Position numbers and translations under genes: made by a program
In this document: piece by piece, positions 41,366 to 54,516 of the stretch
Layout of the letters: every line of letters starts with the position of its first letter
Numbering within the stretch: position 1 is the first letter of the stretch
Notes under the pieces: generated by a model
What the model was told of the DNA's origin: nothing
The model's database searches: none
The model's input: only the letters and a program-made list of their open reading frames with translations
Assembly: GCF_006345805.1 (NCBI RefSeq)
Contig: NW_021832122.1
Location: forward strand, 62,001-126,000
Length of the DNA: 64,000 nt
Origin: Octopus sinensis
Lineage: Eukaryota
Direction of reading: 5' to 3'

Positions 41366-42216
41366 TTATGCATTTTCGCTTTGGTAGCCAGCGTGTGACT
41401 CGACATAATAGAAGCGACGATATTAACAGATAAGTATCAAGGTGAGGGTGTTTATATTCCACTAATTTTGAAAATTTTTAGAGAGCGAGTGTTCTTTCTA
41501 CGAACAGCTGTATGTGGGATGTTCAAGGATAAACAGAAGAGAAAATTTATTAATATATGCCAAGGAAAGACGGACAACAAACATCGTTTATCAACAGGCG
41601 TAGAATAGGGTTACATCAAACCAGGTCGTTTAATATATTTACTTAAACTTATAGTTGTTTGATGAAACAGGCCCTCCGCAGGAGCTAGGTCGCGGTGAGC
41701 GAAGGGAGCTGCCGAGCTAGTTCTCTATAAATGTGGCTTTAAACTTCCCAATAGCCAATGTTTTTAAACACATATTTCTTATCGATCTCTTATTATATTT
41801 CCGTTGTGTACTTCACTGATTAAAATTTTTTTAATTTTAGAAATATTTCTGTAACAAGTTATTATTTACTAAACGTAACAATGAGATTTTTCAAAGATCT
41901 TCTAGGTCATCAACATTTTCTAGTCACATTCCAGCATTTTTTAGGTCAGTGTGTATAGATAGTTGTGTGTGATCTGCTACGAAAACAGTTGGTTTTTAGA
42001 AAGTACAAATCCATTATGTCTTTTGAAAAAGTGGCAGGATCCATTCTTAGATCTTATCAAGCATTCCTTATAGTGATCCCCAAGGATTTAGATTTACATG
42101 TAGCAAATTCACTTTGACTCGAAGACAGGTATTTGTCTACTGTAAAAGAGATCATATTCAGGAGAATCAAAGAGAGTACCTTTCGTAAAATCGTTAGAAG
42201 GATGATTGGTCTAAAG

Positions 42217-42985
42217 CAGGGGTCGGCAAAAGCGGGCTCGCGAGCCTTTGGAGGCTCTTTAACTCTTAAGTAGGCTCTTTCAATTTTTAACTATTTTTTT
42301 TGTTTTGTTAATAATAAAAAATCTTTGCACGTTTAACATTAATTTTTTGTGGTACATCGATATATGCCTAGCAATAAAAAATTAATAAAAAATCGATAAT
42401 GCGCGACATTTTCAATCAAAATGGACTGAAACTTTTGCATTCACGTCTAATTCAGAACAACTACCGAAATGTCTCATTTGCCAGGAAACTTTGAATCAAA
42501 ATAAAAAGTCAAATTTAGAGAGACACTTTAACACAAAACACTCAAATTTCGCAAAAAATATCCAATTGGTGATTCGCGAAAGAAAGCTGTCGAAGAACTT
42601 GCAAAGAATAATCAGATTGAGAATTCCGCTTTTAAATATTGGTATCACAATGCCAGGACTGCAAATATTGCCAGTTTTTTGATAAGCCAAGAGATCGCAA
42701 AAAGGGGAAAACCATTTACCGATGGCGAATTTATAAAGGCATGTTTCATTAAAACCTCTGAAGAACTTTTTCACGATTTTTCAAATAAGGCAGAAGTCGT
42801 GAATAAGATAATGAATATACCTTTATCTGCGAAAATAGTAGCCGACAGGACTTTTAAGATGTCTTCGAATGTATCTGTTCAACAAGTTTCGGACATGAAA
42901 TTGTCTAATTCAATTTCAATAGCAATAGATGAATCATGTGATATAAATGACATTGGACAAGTATTATTGTTCATGTCACTTCCCG
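42217..42985 (+). mobile_element. 5' part of a SPIN/GTF2IRD2-type hAT transposon, 3'-truncated
   Basis: Starts CAGGGGTCGGCAAA after GTCTAAAG. Encodes FQSKWTETF...CLICQE...KKSNLERHFNTKH...EIAKRGKPFTDGEFIK...SIAIDESCDIND; frameshifted, with no introns seen. Confidence 0.85.
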
Positions 42986-43439
42986 AATTTTTGAATTCGT
43001 AGAATTTTTTGCCCTAAGATGTGCTTCGCAAATATATCATTTAAAATATTGAGTACTTTACATATCAGTAATGTTGGCGAATGTTTCACATACTATCAAT
43101 TTACAGACTTTTATTGTTTTACAGGTTTTGCAGAGCTGTTTGTATCTCCGTCAGCGTTATAGGCTTAGTCAAAAATGTTAAATCATCGACAAATTGAGTT
43201 ATGTGTTCGTCGATACTTCTAAAAAGAAATTAAAAGTATGCGGAAATATTCTCTGCTATTTCTTTTTTCTTGTAAACTAGAGGAGAAGAACTGTGAATTT
43301 AAATTCATTTGCAAAAGAAATCAACCTTCTCCAAAATCGTCAACTCAACTCAGACCAATATTTTGAAAAGAGGAGTCTATAACTATTTTGTTGAACTATT
43401 GAACTGTTTATTTTCTATGTAACAAACTCGTCACTAGAT

Positions 43440-44580
43440 TAAAAGGGGGAGAGAAGAGCCAAACGAAACCAAGGAGACGGAAGAAACAAGTTTGTTTGCT
43501 GATTGGGGTCAACTCTAATGGGACACCAGATGTCCCTTCGATAAAAATAACGACTCCTTGCACCACTATTTATTTAAGTGATGCAACAGTTTTTCAATGG
43601 ATCGTACCGATCCCTCCAGCTCTGGGGTTAGCTTGGATTTTAAGTCCAAGCCATGTGCCAGTTTAATGGCATATCTCCGCGTTTTCTCCAAAAGATCAAT
43701 ATGTTTCTTTCCTTCGCAGCTTCCGAACCATCCTTGAGATCCATAGATCAGGAAGGGTTCTATACACGCAGAGTATACGTATAAGAACGTTTCCGGTTTC
43801 AGCTGGAATCGCATCAGAGCTTTCAACATTTGGGTAGCCTTGTTCTTTCTCTTCCTTATATACATCTTGAATGAACCAGTTGCATCCACAACTATTCCGA
43901 GGTATTTAAGATCCTCCACGGGTTTTATCGCTCCGGTGTTAATACAAACATCAGGTTTCCTTCTCCTTTCACCAATCCAGCAAACAGTGCTTTTTTCAAA
44001 AGATAAAGACAAGCCTTTATCCTGGCACCATTTGCCAATTTTTTCGATATGACTATGGGTTCTTTTCCACGATATTGATTTGCTCATAGAGAAATCCATA
44101 ATTAAAATATCATCTGCGTAGATGACCATCTCCATGCTAGGGAGATCCACTTGAGGAATGTCGCACATCACACAGTTAAATAAAAGTGGACTGATGACAG
44201 ATCCCTGCGGAACTCCTCTCTTAAGCAAAATTCTCTTCGATAATTGGTTTCCGACCCGTACAAACGATTCTCTTCCCGAGAGGAAACTCTTCATCCAAAC
44301 TAGGGCTGTCTTTCCAACGTTAAAATTGTATAAAGTTCGTAATAGCCCAACATGCCAGACGCTATCAAATGCTTTTGATATGTCTAGACATGCAGCCGTA
44401 AGATACTCTTTTTTCTTTGTGCTGTAGATATGGCCTCCTTTAACAGTGAAAAGCAATTTCCAGTGCCCTTGTTCCGCCGAAAACCCCATTGCTCTTTCAA
44501 GAGATACTGTTTATCTTCAATATAAGTTGATAGTCTTTTAAAGACAATTTTTTCCATGATTTTTGAGATAGAACAAGGCC
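43440..44580 (-). mobile_element. 5'-truncated LINE (jockey/I-type RT)
   Basis: LDISKAFDSVWH, GVPQGSVISPLLF, YADDIL, KYLGI; 307-aa ORF plus an upstream frameshifted KIMEKIV segment. Confidence 0.85.
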
Positions 44581-44694
44581 CTTAATTTTTAAATTCTATG
44601 GAAAATAAAGTTAATTGAGGTCCTAAGTTAGTACAGTTTTACTTATGAAAATGAAAAAGCCATTTTTATTTAATAGAATTTACTTATTATGTTA

Positions 44695-45156
44695 TTAATG
44701 GCAATAAAATAAGAATACAGCAGCATAAACGAAGAACGACTCGTTGTAATATGTCGAACACATCTGAATATCGACTTGAGGGTCACAAAGCATTTTCGGG
44801 CTAATAATGACACTCTGCTGATCGTTTTGCTGACCAACATGTATACTGACGATAATTTTATAGTTTTTAGGAGTGATCTCTTTAATTGCATTTTTGATTC
44901 CGTCTGCGGTTTCTAAAACGAGTACAGACATGTATTTTGGAATGTATTCTATTTTTCCAAAAATTTCCTTGATTTTTGATTCGATAATTTTTTGTCCTTC
45001 CTTCTGGTCAAACATATTGTCGATATCTGGAAGTATTTTGTACGTATTTTGGAGTTTTATGATTTTTTGTATATCTTTTCTGGGGGTTCCAGTCTCACTC
45101 TTCATTCTCATTGAAAACATTATGTTTTTGACTGTAGATTTAAGAAATGCTGGCAT
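44695..45156 (-). CDS. Tctex1-domain dynein light chain (TCTEX1D-like)
   Basis: QNTYKILP...IKNAIKEI...YKIIVSIHVGQ...MLCDPQVD...YYNESFFVYAAVF. A short upstream exon is possible. Confidence 0.8.
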   Translation of the reverse strand: MPAFLKSTVKNIMFSMRMKSETGTPRKDIQKIIKLQNTYKILPDIDNMFDQKEGQKIIESKIKEIFGKIEYIPKYMSVLVLETADGIKNAIKEITPKNYKIIVSIHVGQQNDQQSVIISPKMLCDPQVDIQMCSTYYNESFFVYAAVFLFYCH

Positions 45157-45731
45157 CTCCTGGGTAATATAGATAGAAAACTCGATTTAGCACATACAAA
45201 TAAATAATGATTATCCGTCATCAATTAGAGCATATTTTCCAAACAGCGGGAATATTCCATGTGAAATTTATCAATTATGGATTGATTTTAATAAAATATC
45301 GATTAAATTGTTAAAGTTCTTAATTATTTCTAAATAACCTACGAGCTTCTTTTAAAAATAGGCGATTTGAGTCCTACAGAATCCTACAGAATAATATCAT
45401 TTTGAAAATATAATTTTTTTCGATTTTATAAAATTATTCAATGTTTTTGGGCAAATTTAATCAGCCACTGATAATTATTTTTAGATTCTCAAATTAAAAA
45501 AAATACTGTGTATTGATGAAACATTTTTTTTTCTTTTTTCTGTAGGATTCTTAAAATTCTTAAAATAAAAAAATTGATATTAAAAACCGCAAACTAATGT
45601 TTTTTTATTAATTTATTTAAAATATTTTTTTAATATTTCTATTTCACTTTTATTTGAAGTCAATTTTATTTTACTTTAATTTGTTTATAAAAATTAAAAA
45701 AATTAAAACCAAGAGCTTCACATTCTGCGTT

Positions 45732-46985
45732 ATGATCCTCCTCGTGTCATGTTTTTTGAACATTTTTAACGTCTGTTCCGTAAATAGTATGTTTTAAATA
45801 TCCTAAAGTCTAATCCTCGCCCATATGGAAGGTATTATTTAGCCGAAGCCTTTTTGTATCGGAATCTCTCTTATTCCAAGTAATCAATCTTATTTATTAC
45901 TTCTTTTAGTTGGAAACTGTCTGGAACTGATGACTATTCAGATGAAAGTTTTTTAAGATTTTACTTTTCTAGTATTTACCATTGAGCAAAAAGAAGGCGG
46001 AAATTCAGTTTTGTTAATAAAGGTCTTTAAATTTGAACCTAATAATTTTAGTCAACTGATAAACCAAGAAAACTTGTAAGAAAACTGGAAACTCCACTTC
46101 AATTTAAAAAACATTTATATTTTCAGTGAGTCCTGTACGGTCAATATAGTGTTGACCTGCAATTTTACCAAAAAAGTGGAAAAATTGGCCCTTTTATGAT
46201 TCAATTGGTTCAAAAAGATGCAGTGCCTGCGTTATCTGTGGAATTGGAACTCGAAGAGGGTGATATTCGGTCTCAACTTAAGGTACGCGATAATAAAATA
46301 ATCAAATAAGATCCGACTTGATCTCTATAAGTGTAAGAAAGTAGATGGCAGCTGTTTTGAGACGGTAAACTCGTTAATCTATTTTTAGATATTTGGCAAT
46401 AGTGAAACAGTTAAGGAGATTTTGAACATGTATCCTCATCAAATTAGAATCGAAATTCATCATGATTATTATTCCATTTGGATTGATTCAGAAGAACTGG
46501 TAAATGGTACAATTTTTGAATTAACGGGAACGGAAAACAATTTGTCTGGAATTAATAAAATTGTATTCTATTATTTTAAATGTAATAGAACAACATCATG
46601 CTGGTTGCTCCAACAAAATCATCTGATTCCTTTTTAGAAATAGACAATATTTTTTTGACTGACAACCGAAGGTCCCTTACAAATTGGACTAATCAAATAA
46701 ATTCATTTGAGGACGAAAGTGTAAGAATTTAGACAAAAATGTATAGATATATGATTTTGTTGTTCGTGCGTATTACATGAATCCTTTTAAATTATTTAAA
46801 TATTTATTTTTCATCACGCTTCCTGGAACTTTGGGATTAGCCTTGCTATTGTGGAAATATTGTTATAAAGTTATTTAAATTAATAATTATTAAAGACTCC
46901 ACTAATTGAAGACGATGTTGAAGATGTTCATGAGTCAAAAGTCGAATCGGAAACTGAGAATACCAGTGTCCATAAACGACGGTGA
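45732..46985 (+). CDS. Putative type I membrane protein, possibly L-type lectin (VIP36/ERGIC-53)-like
   Basis: Signal-peptide-like start MILLVSCFLNIF, WKLSG...LRFT, beta-rich exons joined by tiny introns, then a hydrophobic segment and a short tail ending HKRR. The frame is not fully resolved. Confidence 0.45.
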
Positions 46986-47184
46986 TCCCAACTAGATTTC
47001 TAGAATCAATCTAATTTCGGCTAATTTAATAAACTAAATATTTTTGGAATAATTTTTTATCTATATCGAAATTTCAAATAAGAGATCGCATTATGATTAA
47101 AAATTAAATTATAGACCAATTAGATGTTTATGATGACACAAAATTTATTGATTTATAACTCTCAAGTCAAAATAATTTCAATAA

Positions 47185-48482
47185 TGTTGGCGGGGTCCGC
47201 TTCGGATGGATGGCTTCGTTAACTTCCAGTAAATTACAATTATCTCCGTTTGATAAATTTTTAGCCTGTACGATCAATTCTCTCACCATTCAATTTACGG
47301 TACCTGGACGACGCGACCATTGGCGGCTCTGTGGAATCCATCACCGAGGACCTATCCCGCCTAATCCCTGCTTTGGCAACCTTGGCCTAGAAGTTAACGT
47401 GAATAAATCGGAACTCCTAAACCTAAACTACCCTGAGGCGGATTTTCCGAATGTCAATATGATCATCCAAGACTGCATCACTGGTGCACATATAACCCAG
47501 CCATCAGAAGCAACCTTTCTTTGATGCCCTCTCGGACCAGCAGGTCTCCGAAATCATCTAGTCAACAAAGACCGCGAATTCTACCGCCTTACTAAAAGAC
47601 TGCTGATGCTTGACTCACATAATGCCTTTTTTCTGCTGAAATACAGCCTTCACATGCCAAGATTCCTTTTCACTCTACGTTGCCTACCATGCTTCTCTCA
47701 GCCTGATATCTTGAATTCCCTGGATTCTTATTTGAGATCCACAGCCAAATCAATTCTCAACGTAAAATTTGATAAAATTGGATGGAGACAAGGAAAACTT
47801 CCCGTCAGGTTTGGAGGTATTAGACTTCGCTCGCCAAAGGATCTGGCCCCGCAAGCATATTTTTCTTCGATGTGCAGCAGCCGTCACCTAGCCAATGAGA
47901 TTCTACTCTCCTATAAAGAACTCTCATTGGACTTGCCGGTTGAAGTTTTATCGAATTTCTGGACCTACGCTAATTTACCCCTCCCGTCCGACATTTTCGT
48001 GCAACGGAAATGGAATGAAATCTGGGCCGCCGACTCGTTTTTGAAGATGAAACCAGAGCTAGACCAACACCGGCTAGCGTGCCTACTCTTACCGGCTTAC
48101 CGTCAACACTTGAGCCTGTCGGATTAGACCGTGGTAACGGCAAACGCCCAGACGGAATGACAATCTTTCCTTTTCGGGACGGCAAGTGCCTCGTCTGGGA
48201 TGCTACGTGCATCGATTCTTTCTCTCCATCGGCAATCATGTCATCTGCCACTTCCTCGGGTCCGCTGCGGAAAAGGCTGAGACGGCCAAAATTAGAAAAT
48301 ACCAAGAACTTGGACGCCGCTTTATAATCGTACCAATCGCTTTGGAGACATCGGCCGTCGCCGGGCCTCTTACCTCGGCCTTCATCAGCGACATCGGGAG
48401 GAAATTGGCCCACAGGATGAAAGAGCCACTCGAGGTTTCGTGGCTATTGCAGCGGATATCCATCGCTATTCTCCGTGAGTAG
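47185..48482 (+). mobile_element. CRE-clade non-LTR retrotransposon remnant (RT + REL endonuclease)
   Basis: WYLDDATIGG, GLEVNVNKSE, AFFLLKYSLHMPRF, LPVRFGGIRL, GKRPDGMTIFPFRDGKCLVWDATCIDSF, IVPIALETSA, LLQRISIAILR; frameshifted. Confidence 0.87.
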
Positions 48483-49559
48483 TTTTTAAGAGAACACCGA
48501 GGAGTATGATGGTCTAATCAGGCATGGGATCAAAATCATTGAAGAAGTGGTAAATTATCCTTGTAATTGAACAAAGTTATTCTTATTAAAACAATATGAA
48601 AACTAAGGAAAAAAGTGTCGTAACTTAATTCTTAGAGACAATAAAAGAGTGGCGTTGGTTATCTCTTTTAAAAGGAAGAGATTTAATGTCCAGCGGATTA
48701 CAAATGAATTAATAAGTTTTAAATTAACTAGCAAAAATTAGTTTACATTGATTAAAAAAAAAGTTTTTGAAATTAAAAGTTAAACTAATAATTTGAACGT
48801 TAGGTTCTTGTCACGTTAATGCTGACTTGGGAGTCAGAATATATATTCAAGTTACCCATAATTAATCACTTATAGTCTATCTTGGAAAGATGTAGTTCGA
48901 GCCTCTTTTTGCAAGTTTCCAAACCCTTTTTCATCTGTTAACATAGCTTCAATTGACGTACTTGAAAATAAAGTTACATCCAAAGAGGGAAAGTTGGTTT
49001 TATTGCGCCATCGTCTAATACACATGACATATAATATTCCTCGGATTCTCTCTTCCATAGTCTCCTTAAACGCAACTTACATTATTGAGCATTCTGTCTT
49101 AGATTTATCAAAAAATGAGTTCTCAATGAATTCTAAAAATGTAATTACTATAATTATAAAATAGTTAAATTTACGAGGTATTATTAACGTGGAAGAAAAA
49201 CTGGTTTACCGCCAGCATCCTACCAACAAAGACCAGTTAAAATCATATTTTCCTTAATATCTTTAGGACCGTTTTAAATTATGTTTCTTCTGTTAATATC
49301 CGTGGAATTCCTTTTGCTTCTTTTTTTGAAAAATTTGTTTTGGAGAATTTTAAGAAGAACAGTGCTTTAGGTCGAAAAGCTATAACTTGGAGAGTCGAAA
49401 ACGAGCTTCCCTAGTGTTTTCGATTTTCTGATATTTAAAATTTATACAAATATAGTTTTTATGTTCTTTTACTAATCAGATCTTCAGAATTATAAATTTT
49501 ATTAAAAAATAGCCACTATAATAAAACAAAAAATCGTAAATGAAGACAGAATATCAATG

Positions 49560-50530
49560 TAATTATTGGAATTTGAAATAATCCAAATTGGTTGATTTTT
49601 TTAATAAAAAAGTTATTTGTGTTCGGGAAGAATTGTTTCATCCAGGTGAAATTGGGCATCGTCCCAACCTATCCGGACTGCTGGCAATAAAAAATCTTAT
49701 TTTTTGTGTATTTCAATGCAGAAAACGCGCTACGGCTCTCGATCCAATATAATCTCTCATCTGATCACAATCCCGAACTACAATCACCACTGGATATAAA
49801 AAAACAAGACATTTATCAATTATAGGAATGACAGATGAGATGAATATCAACTACTTGCGACTTTTATCCTTATGTGCCTTTTTTGTTTAACAGTTTTACA
49901 AGCATGAACATTTTTGTCTTATCTTTTTGCTTCACGCTTCAGTTTCTTTGTACTTCAGCGATTTTTGCATTTTCTTTATATTTAGTAATATCTGGTTGCG
50001 TAATTTTCAAAATTCCTCTATGTTTTTAAGGTTGTTGAAGTTTTGTATTCTTAGTCTAAAGTCTTTCTGCTTTTCTGACATATTTTGTTGAATTGGTCAC
50101 TGCATCCCATATCGTATTTGCAGCTTTTGTCGTGACAATATCTTTGAGTACTTCTTGTACTTTTTAATGATTGAATGATTCAAGATTGAAAATTTTTTTT
50201 GTTTTCATTCGAATTTTTTCTGATTCAAAACTATGTCGTTTTGTGACATAGTTGATTAAATTATTTTAAATCTGCGGTTGTATGAATAAATATTTAACTG
50301 TGGGGCTCGCTTCTTCTCTAGCACTAAGTTTATATTTAATTAAAGACAGACTTACTAATTCTGAATCAATTAAAGAAAAAAATTCAAAGTCGAAAGATTC
50401 CTTAAAGTGTACTAAAGTCGTAGAATATTGATTCTCTAGTTCCGCAGTTACAAAATCGACTTCCTTTAATAAATATTTCTGTTTTATTGAATGTTTCTCC
50501 AGAAGGTATTTTATTCTTGAAATAAGCAAT
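49560..50530 (-). pseudogene. Possible highly degraded APE-type LINE remnant
   Basis: NLINYV...IRMKTKKIFNLE...ANTIWDAVTNS resembles the post-endonuclease region of the local RTE family; many stops. Confidence 0.3.
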
Positions 50531-50532
50531 TA

Positions 50533-50760
50533 GTGCCAGGATACTCTTATATCAAAAACCTAGTGGAGTGTATACCGGAAACAGTTTCTAGAATTTCCAG
50601 CTTCAGTAAACCTTTGATTACCCCAATTGCTGAGAAACTAAGGCAGGATGGAATTTTATCGCTAAACGATCTCTGGGATCGGCCGGCCAACGCTGTTCGC
50701 GGCCTAATAGCCGCCGGCTTTCATCATATCATGGAGTCCGGAGCTACTAACTAATTAATA
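50533..50760 (+). mobile_element. Possible extreme 3' end of a LINE
   Basis: IKNLVECIPE...LNDLWDRPANAVRGLIAAG resembles the C-terminal tail of jockey/I-type ORF2; GC content is above the flanks. Confidence 0.3.
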
Positions 50761-51743
50761 AAAATTGGCTTCAGTATTCCCATAAATAATTTAAATCAGG
50801 ATTGTAATTCGTACGGCTCACTCCTACAGGTAATATTTAATAAATCTGATATTTATCAGTAAACAATAATAAAGCCCATTAATTAACATATTTGCTTTAT
50901 TTAAAGAAATGAAAATAAAAAAGTCCAGGAGGAAAGACGAGCTCGATCTGCGAGCATTGCCAGAGAACGGTTAGGTCCCTGCTAAACGAATAGTTTGTGC
51001 GTTGCCGCGCATGATTGTAACCAAACTAAGGCAGGCCAATTATTTGATATTGATTTTTGAAATGGCATGAAGATCGAAAACTATAGCGAGAAATGGTCAG
51101 AGAGACTAACAGTCATATCGCTGTAGAAAAAGAGCTGAGGAGTCAGTTTTTTCACTGTAATAAGACAAGGGAAAACATCGTGGTTAGACAAGTCAGCGGT
51201 TTAGTTTCCCAAAAGAGGGAAAATCTTAATTATTGGATTAGGGTAATTTGACTATGAGTTGCTTTTATAGTAACAATAGTTCCCTATTATCAAAATAAGA
51301 TAATAATTTATGGATATTATTCATAAACGACTATTTCATAAAATTTATTTTCATTAATAACACGAGATCCATTTTCCTGGCAGAGAAAAATACCGCAGAT
51401 AATCTCTGCATGATAATTAAGCACCAAACTATTATTATCTGACCGCATACGTATATTTTAATTAATAATTTGTATTCATGCGTTTCAAAATTTTACACAT
51501 TCAGATCAAAAAAAGATTATGTTTAAATCTCAGTAAATTATAACAAATCAGATTTACTTTTTCAAAAAATTTTTCGATTGGTAAATATATAATAAAAAAA
51601 TACCACTAATTCTTATTTGAGTTAAAAAGCTTTTAAAATTTTTAGAAAATACGATTATTGTAGGTTCGAAAAATCCCACTACTATTCCTAGATTTTAAAA
51701 CTAGAAAAGTTTAATTCAGAAATGTAAATTCAGCAATAAATGT

Positions 51744-53021
51744 TCAAGTATTCATATAATCATATATTCGATCGTAATAATCCTCCTTGATTGAACGCCC
51801 CGCCATATTCACATCCACTCCAATTTTCTCAGTACGTCTTGGTACATTTAAAAGCTGTGCCACATTCTTCAAAAAATCAGGATTACATGAAATATCCAAA
51901 TTATCGAACAAATCAATGCTCTCACTGAGCCACATGATATTCTGAGTCGCAGTAGGAGACGAATTTCCATCAATATAAAGAGAAAATAAAGAATTGAGTT
52001 GAAAACAAGCAAATTTTGCCTTTGTCCCGTCCACGAGAATACATTGAGTGACCATTGGGTAAGGAATGTCCAGTCCCTCAAAAGGAAAAAAATTCATGTA
52101 ATGAGCAGAACTCAGTGCCTGAGCAAAATTAAGTAAAAGTCCGCGGTGTCCCCAATTTCCGTTTACGTGGTGAAGTGCAAGAAGAGGTGCCATAAATGGA
52201 TCCCCAATTCTAAACCCAGGCAAAATTTCGGGGATTATTGATTTTCTACATATTCCATATCTTCCTGGGGGGATGGACAACGTGGGGAAAATAGATTCTT
52301 TGCATAAATCGTCATTGATTTGAAGATTTGGGAATATTTCTCGCCTCGATCTGATTTGGCGGTGACATATTTCGTCGATGTAAAACCGACAGAGTCCAGA
52401 ATTCCGTCTTCCAGAACAATTTCCGCTGACTGGACGAGTAAAATGGGTTCTAATATCAACTGAGTCGTCAAATTGCCACAAATCGTCAAATTTTGAATTT
52501 TTTATTGCACATCCGGTAAAATAGTCAAATATAGCTCTAAAAATTACGGCAGAAAGGTCAATTGCAGAAGGAAGACTTCTAAGAGACTTTACATTATAAA
52601 AATTCATGAGGAATTCTAATTTTGAATTTACGGAATTATTCAAATTGGTCAACTCATTTGTGGAAATATCAACGGAGGTGACGTTTGTCGGAAGACCTTT
52701 AACAATGTGAGTTCTTGTCAGATTTTGGAGAACTTCCAAACTGTATTTTTGATGGGATTTTGCATTAAGAATCCAAAAAACTTGTTTTTCATTTCCAGAA
52801 TAATATTTTAAACGCTTTTCAAGATTTGGCCTATTTTTTAAATTTTTTCCAAATCTGTGCAAATTCCAAGCTTCGTAATCGGGGAGTTGACCCCATTCAC
52901 CTGCATTAAAAATAAAGTTATTACCTGGTGGAAAGCGTAGTACAACTGGCGGATACAGAGATTGAACCTCTGTAATCAAAGAACAAAATGTTCTTTTATA
53001 AAACTTGCACATGAAAAACAT
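51744..53021 (-). CDS. MRPS30: Mitochondrial ribosomal protein mL65 (MRPS30/PDCD9 family), intronless
   Basis: 425-aa single ORF with YPPVV, LTRTHIVKGLP, PMVTQCILVDG..FACFQLNSL and NIMW. The paralog mL37 is less likely. Confidence 0.75.
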   Translation of the reverse strand: MFFMCKFYKRTFCSLITEVQSLYPPVVLRFPPGNNFIFNAGEWGQLPDYEAWNLHRFGKNLKNRPNLEKRLKYYSGNEKQVFWILNAKSHQKYSLEVLQNLTRTHIVKGLPTNVTSVDISTNELTNLNNSVNSKLEFLMNFYNVKSLRSLPSAIDLSAVIFRAIFDYFTGCAIKNSKFDDLWQFDDSVDIRTHFTRPVSGNCSGRRNSGLCRFYIDEICHRQIRSRREIFPNLQINDDLCKESIFPTLSIPPGRYGICRKSIIPEILPGFRIGDPFMAPLLALHHVNGNWGHRGLLLNFAQALSSAHYMNFFPFEGLDIPYPMVTQCILVDGTKAKFACFQLNSLFSLYIDGNSSPTATQNIMWLSESIDLFDNLDISCNPDFLKNVAQLLNVPRRTEKIGVDVNMAGRSIKEDYYDRIYDYMNT

Positions 53022-53178
53022 TAAATTAAATTTATTTAAAATAAGATAATAAAAATGCTATAAAGTATAAATGCAAATAAAACAAAAAAACCAAATCAAA
53101 AAGACGGAAATTTATTAAATAAATGAATAATAGAATAACCGTTAATAAGCCATAAATAATAAATAACAATTGCTTGAA

Positions 53179-54516
53179 TCAATTTTTTCCATTTTCATCG
53201 ATAAATCGTTCTTTGATATATAAAATGCAATTCTCAAATTCTTCCAACACAGCTTCCTCAACCAATTCCGGATCACAACACTCAATACGGGCCAGTAAAC
53301 AGTTCTTAAGCCCATCAATCACGGCATCCGTGAATATATCGTTAAAAACACTCGCATTCCATATTCTATCTGAAGGAACCATAAGACAGGAAGAAGCCAC
53401 GTCATTCTTCAACACCTGAGCCCTCAGATTAAGATGAGGGAAATCCAATGGATTGATTGAATGCCTTCTTAATAGTTTAAATTCCGAATTCCTGCAGTCA
53501 TCACAACCACAGAAGGCAGTACAGGAGACTCCATTCTAATCTTATATCCACCCAAATACCAACCGCATAACATTCGCAGTGATTCCTTAGACAACTCGAC
53601 CGAGAACACGAACATCCTTTTTTTCCAATAACTTGCTCTTTCTGAAGTGTCATTTTAGGTTTGAAGGCCGTAGGATTTCGGGCAAGAAGAGTCTGAATTG
53701 CATGAGACCGTTCTTCGTCGAATTTCTCGTTATTGTGACATCCAACACAATTACAGTTTAGACAGTACATTCCATTGGAATAACATTCACAATATCTATA
53801 CTTAATAATAGCTCATTACAGTTTAAGACATTGAGATTTTGTACAGTTGCAAGGTTTTCTGATACGTTCATGTGCTCTACTGGATAAATAAACACGTTTT
53901 TTACAGAATATTCGCCGAATATTCGATCCGTTGATTAAATGAAATATTAAAAGTGTCATTTTTAGACTGAGCCTGTAAAAACCTAAATTAAATCGAATTA
54001 ACTTTAATTATAGACTGAGAATTGTTGAGAATTGTCGGAACTGGTTTATTATTGATCGAATTCGAAGTAATTTGGGAATTAGGCGTGGTTTTTGGATGTG
54101 TTTTGGCAGGTTTTGTCGAAATTTTGACGATTCGATGCTTAGAGGGCACACTTGGTATAACAAAACCATCATCAAGCTTCACTAAAGTATTTTTCTACAA
54201 AATATCTAGGCTACAGAGACTGGGAAAAAACCATTTGGGATGATTCTTGCTCAGCAAGTCTTTCAACTCGAAATGGTGGGATTCTTGCGGTCATAAAATC
54301 ACTGATAGAAGTTTTTAGAGATGTCTGAGAGTTCGAATTTAATTTTGAGGTTTCTTTGTGTTTAAACGGGTCGTCAACTGCTTGAATAGTGTTCTTAGGT
54401 TGACCTTTTCCTAACGTCTTTATATTGACAGGGCCACGAGACTGGAAGGAATGATTTGTCCCAAATATGTTAATAGCAGGCTTTATATCCAACATTTTTT
54501 TAGATTTTTCAGACAT
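53179..54516 (-). CDS. LIN54: LIN54/tesmin CXC-hinge-CXC protein
   Basis: RKPCNCTKSQCLKLYCECY...RNPTAFKPK...KGCSCSRSSCLRNHCECY, with a conserved C-terminal block. Confidence 0.85.

Noticed and set aside
48500-49300. ORF 48870-49058 and nearby sequence as a gene or DDE transposase
   Set aside because: No diagnostic motif and no consistent exon chain.
50880-51300. Possible third Ginger/integrase C-terminal remnant (KWSERL...GVSFFTV)
   Set aside because: Too degraded, and the catalytic motif is missing.
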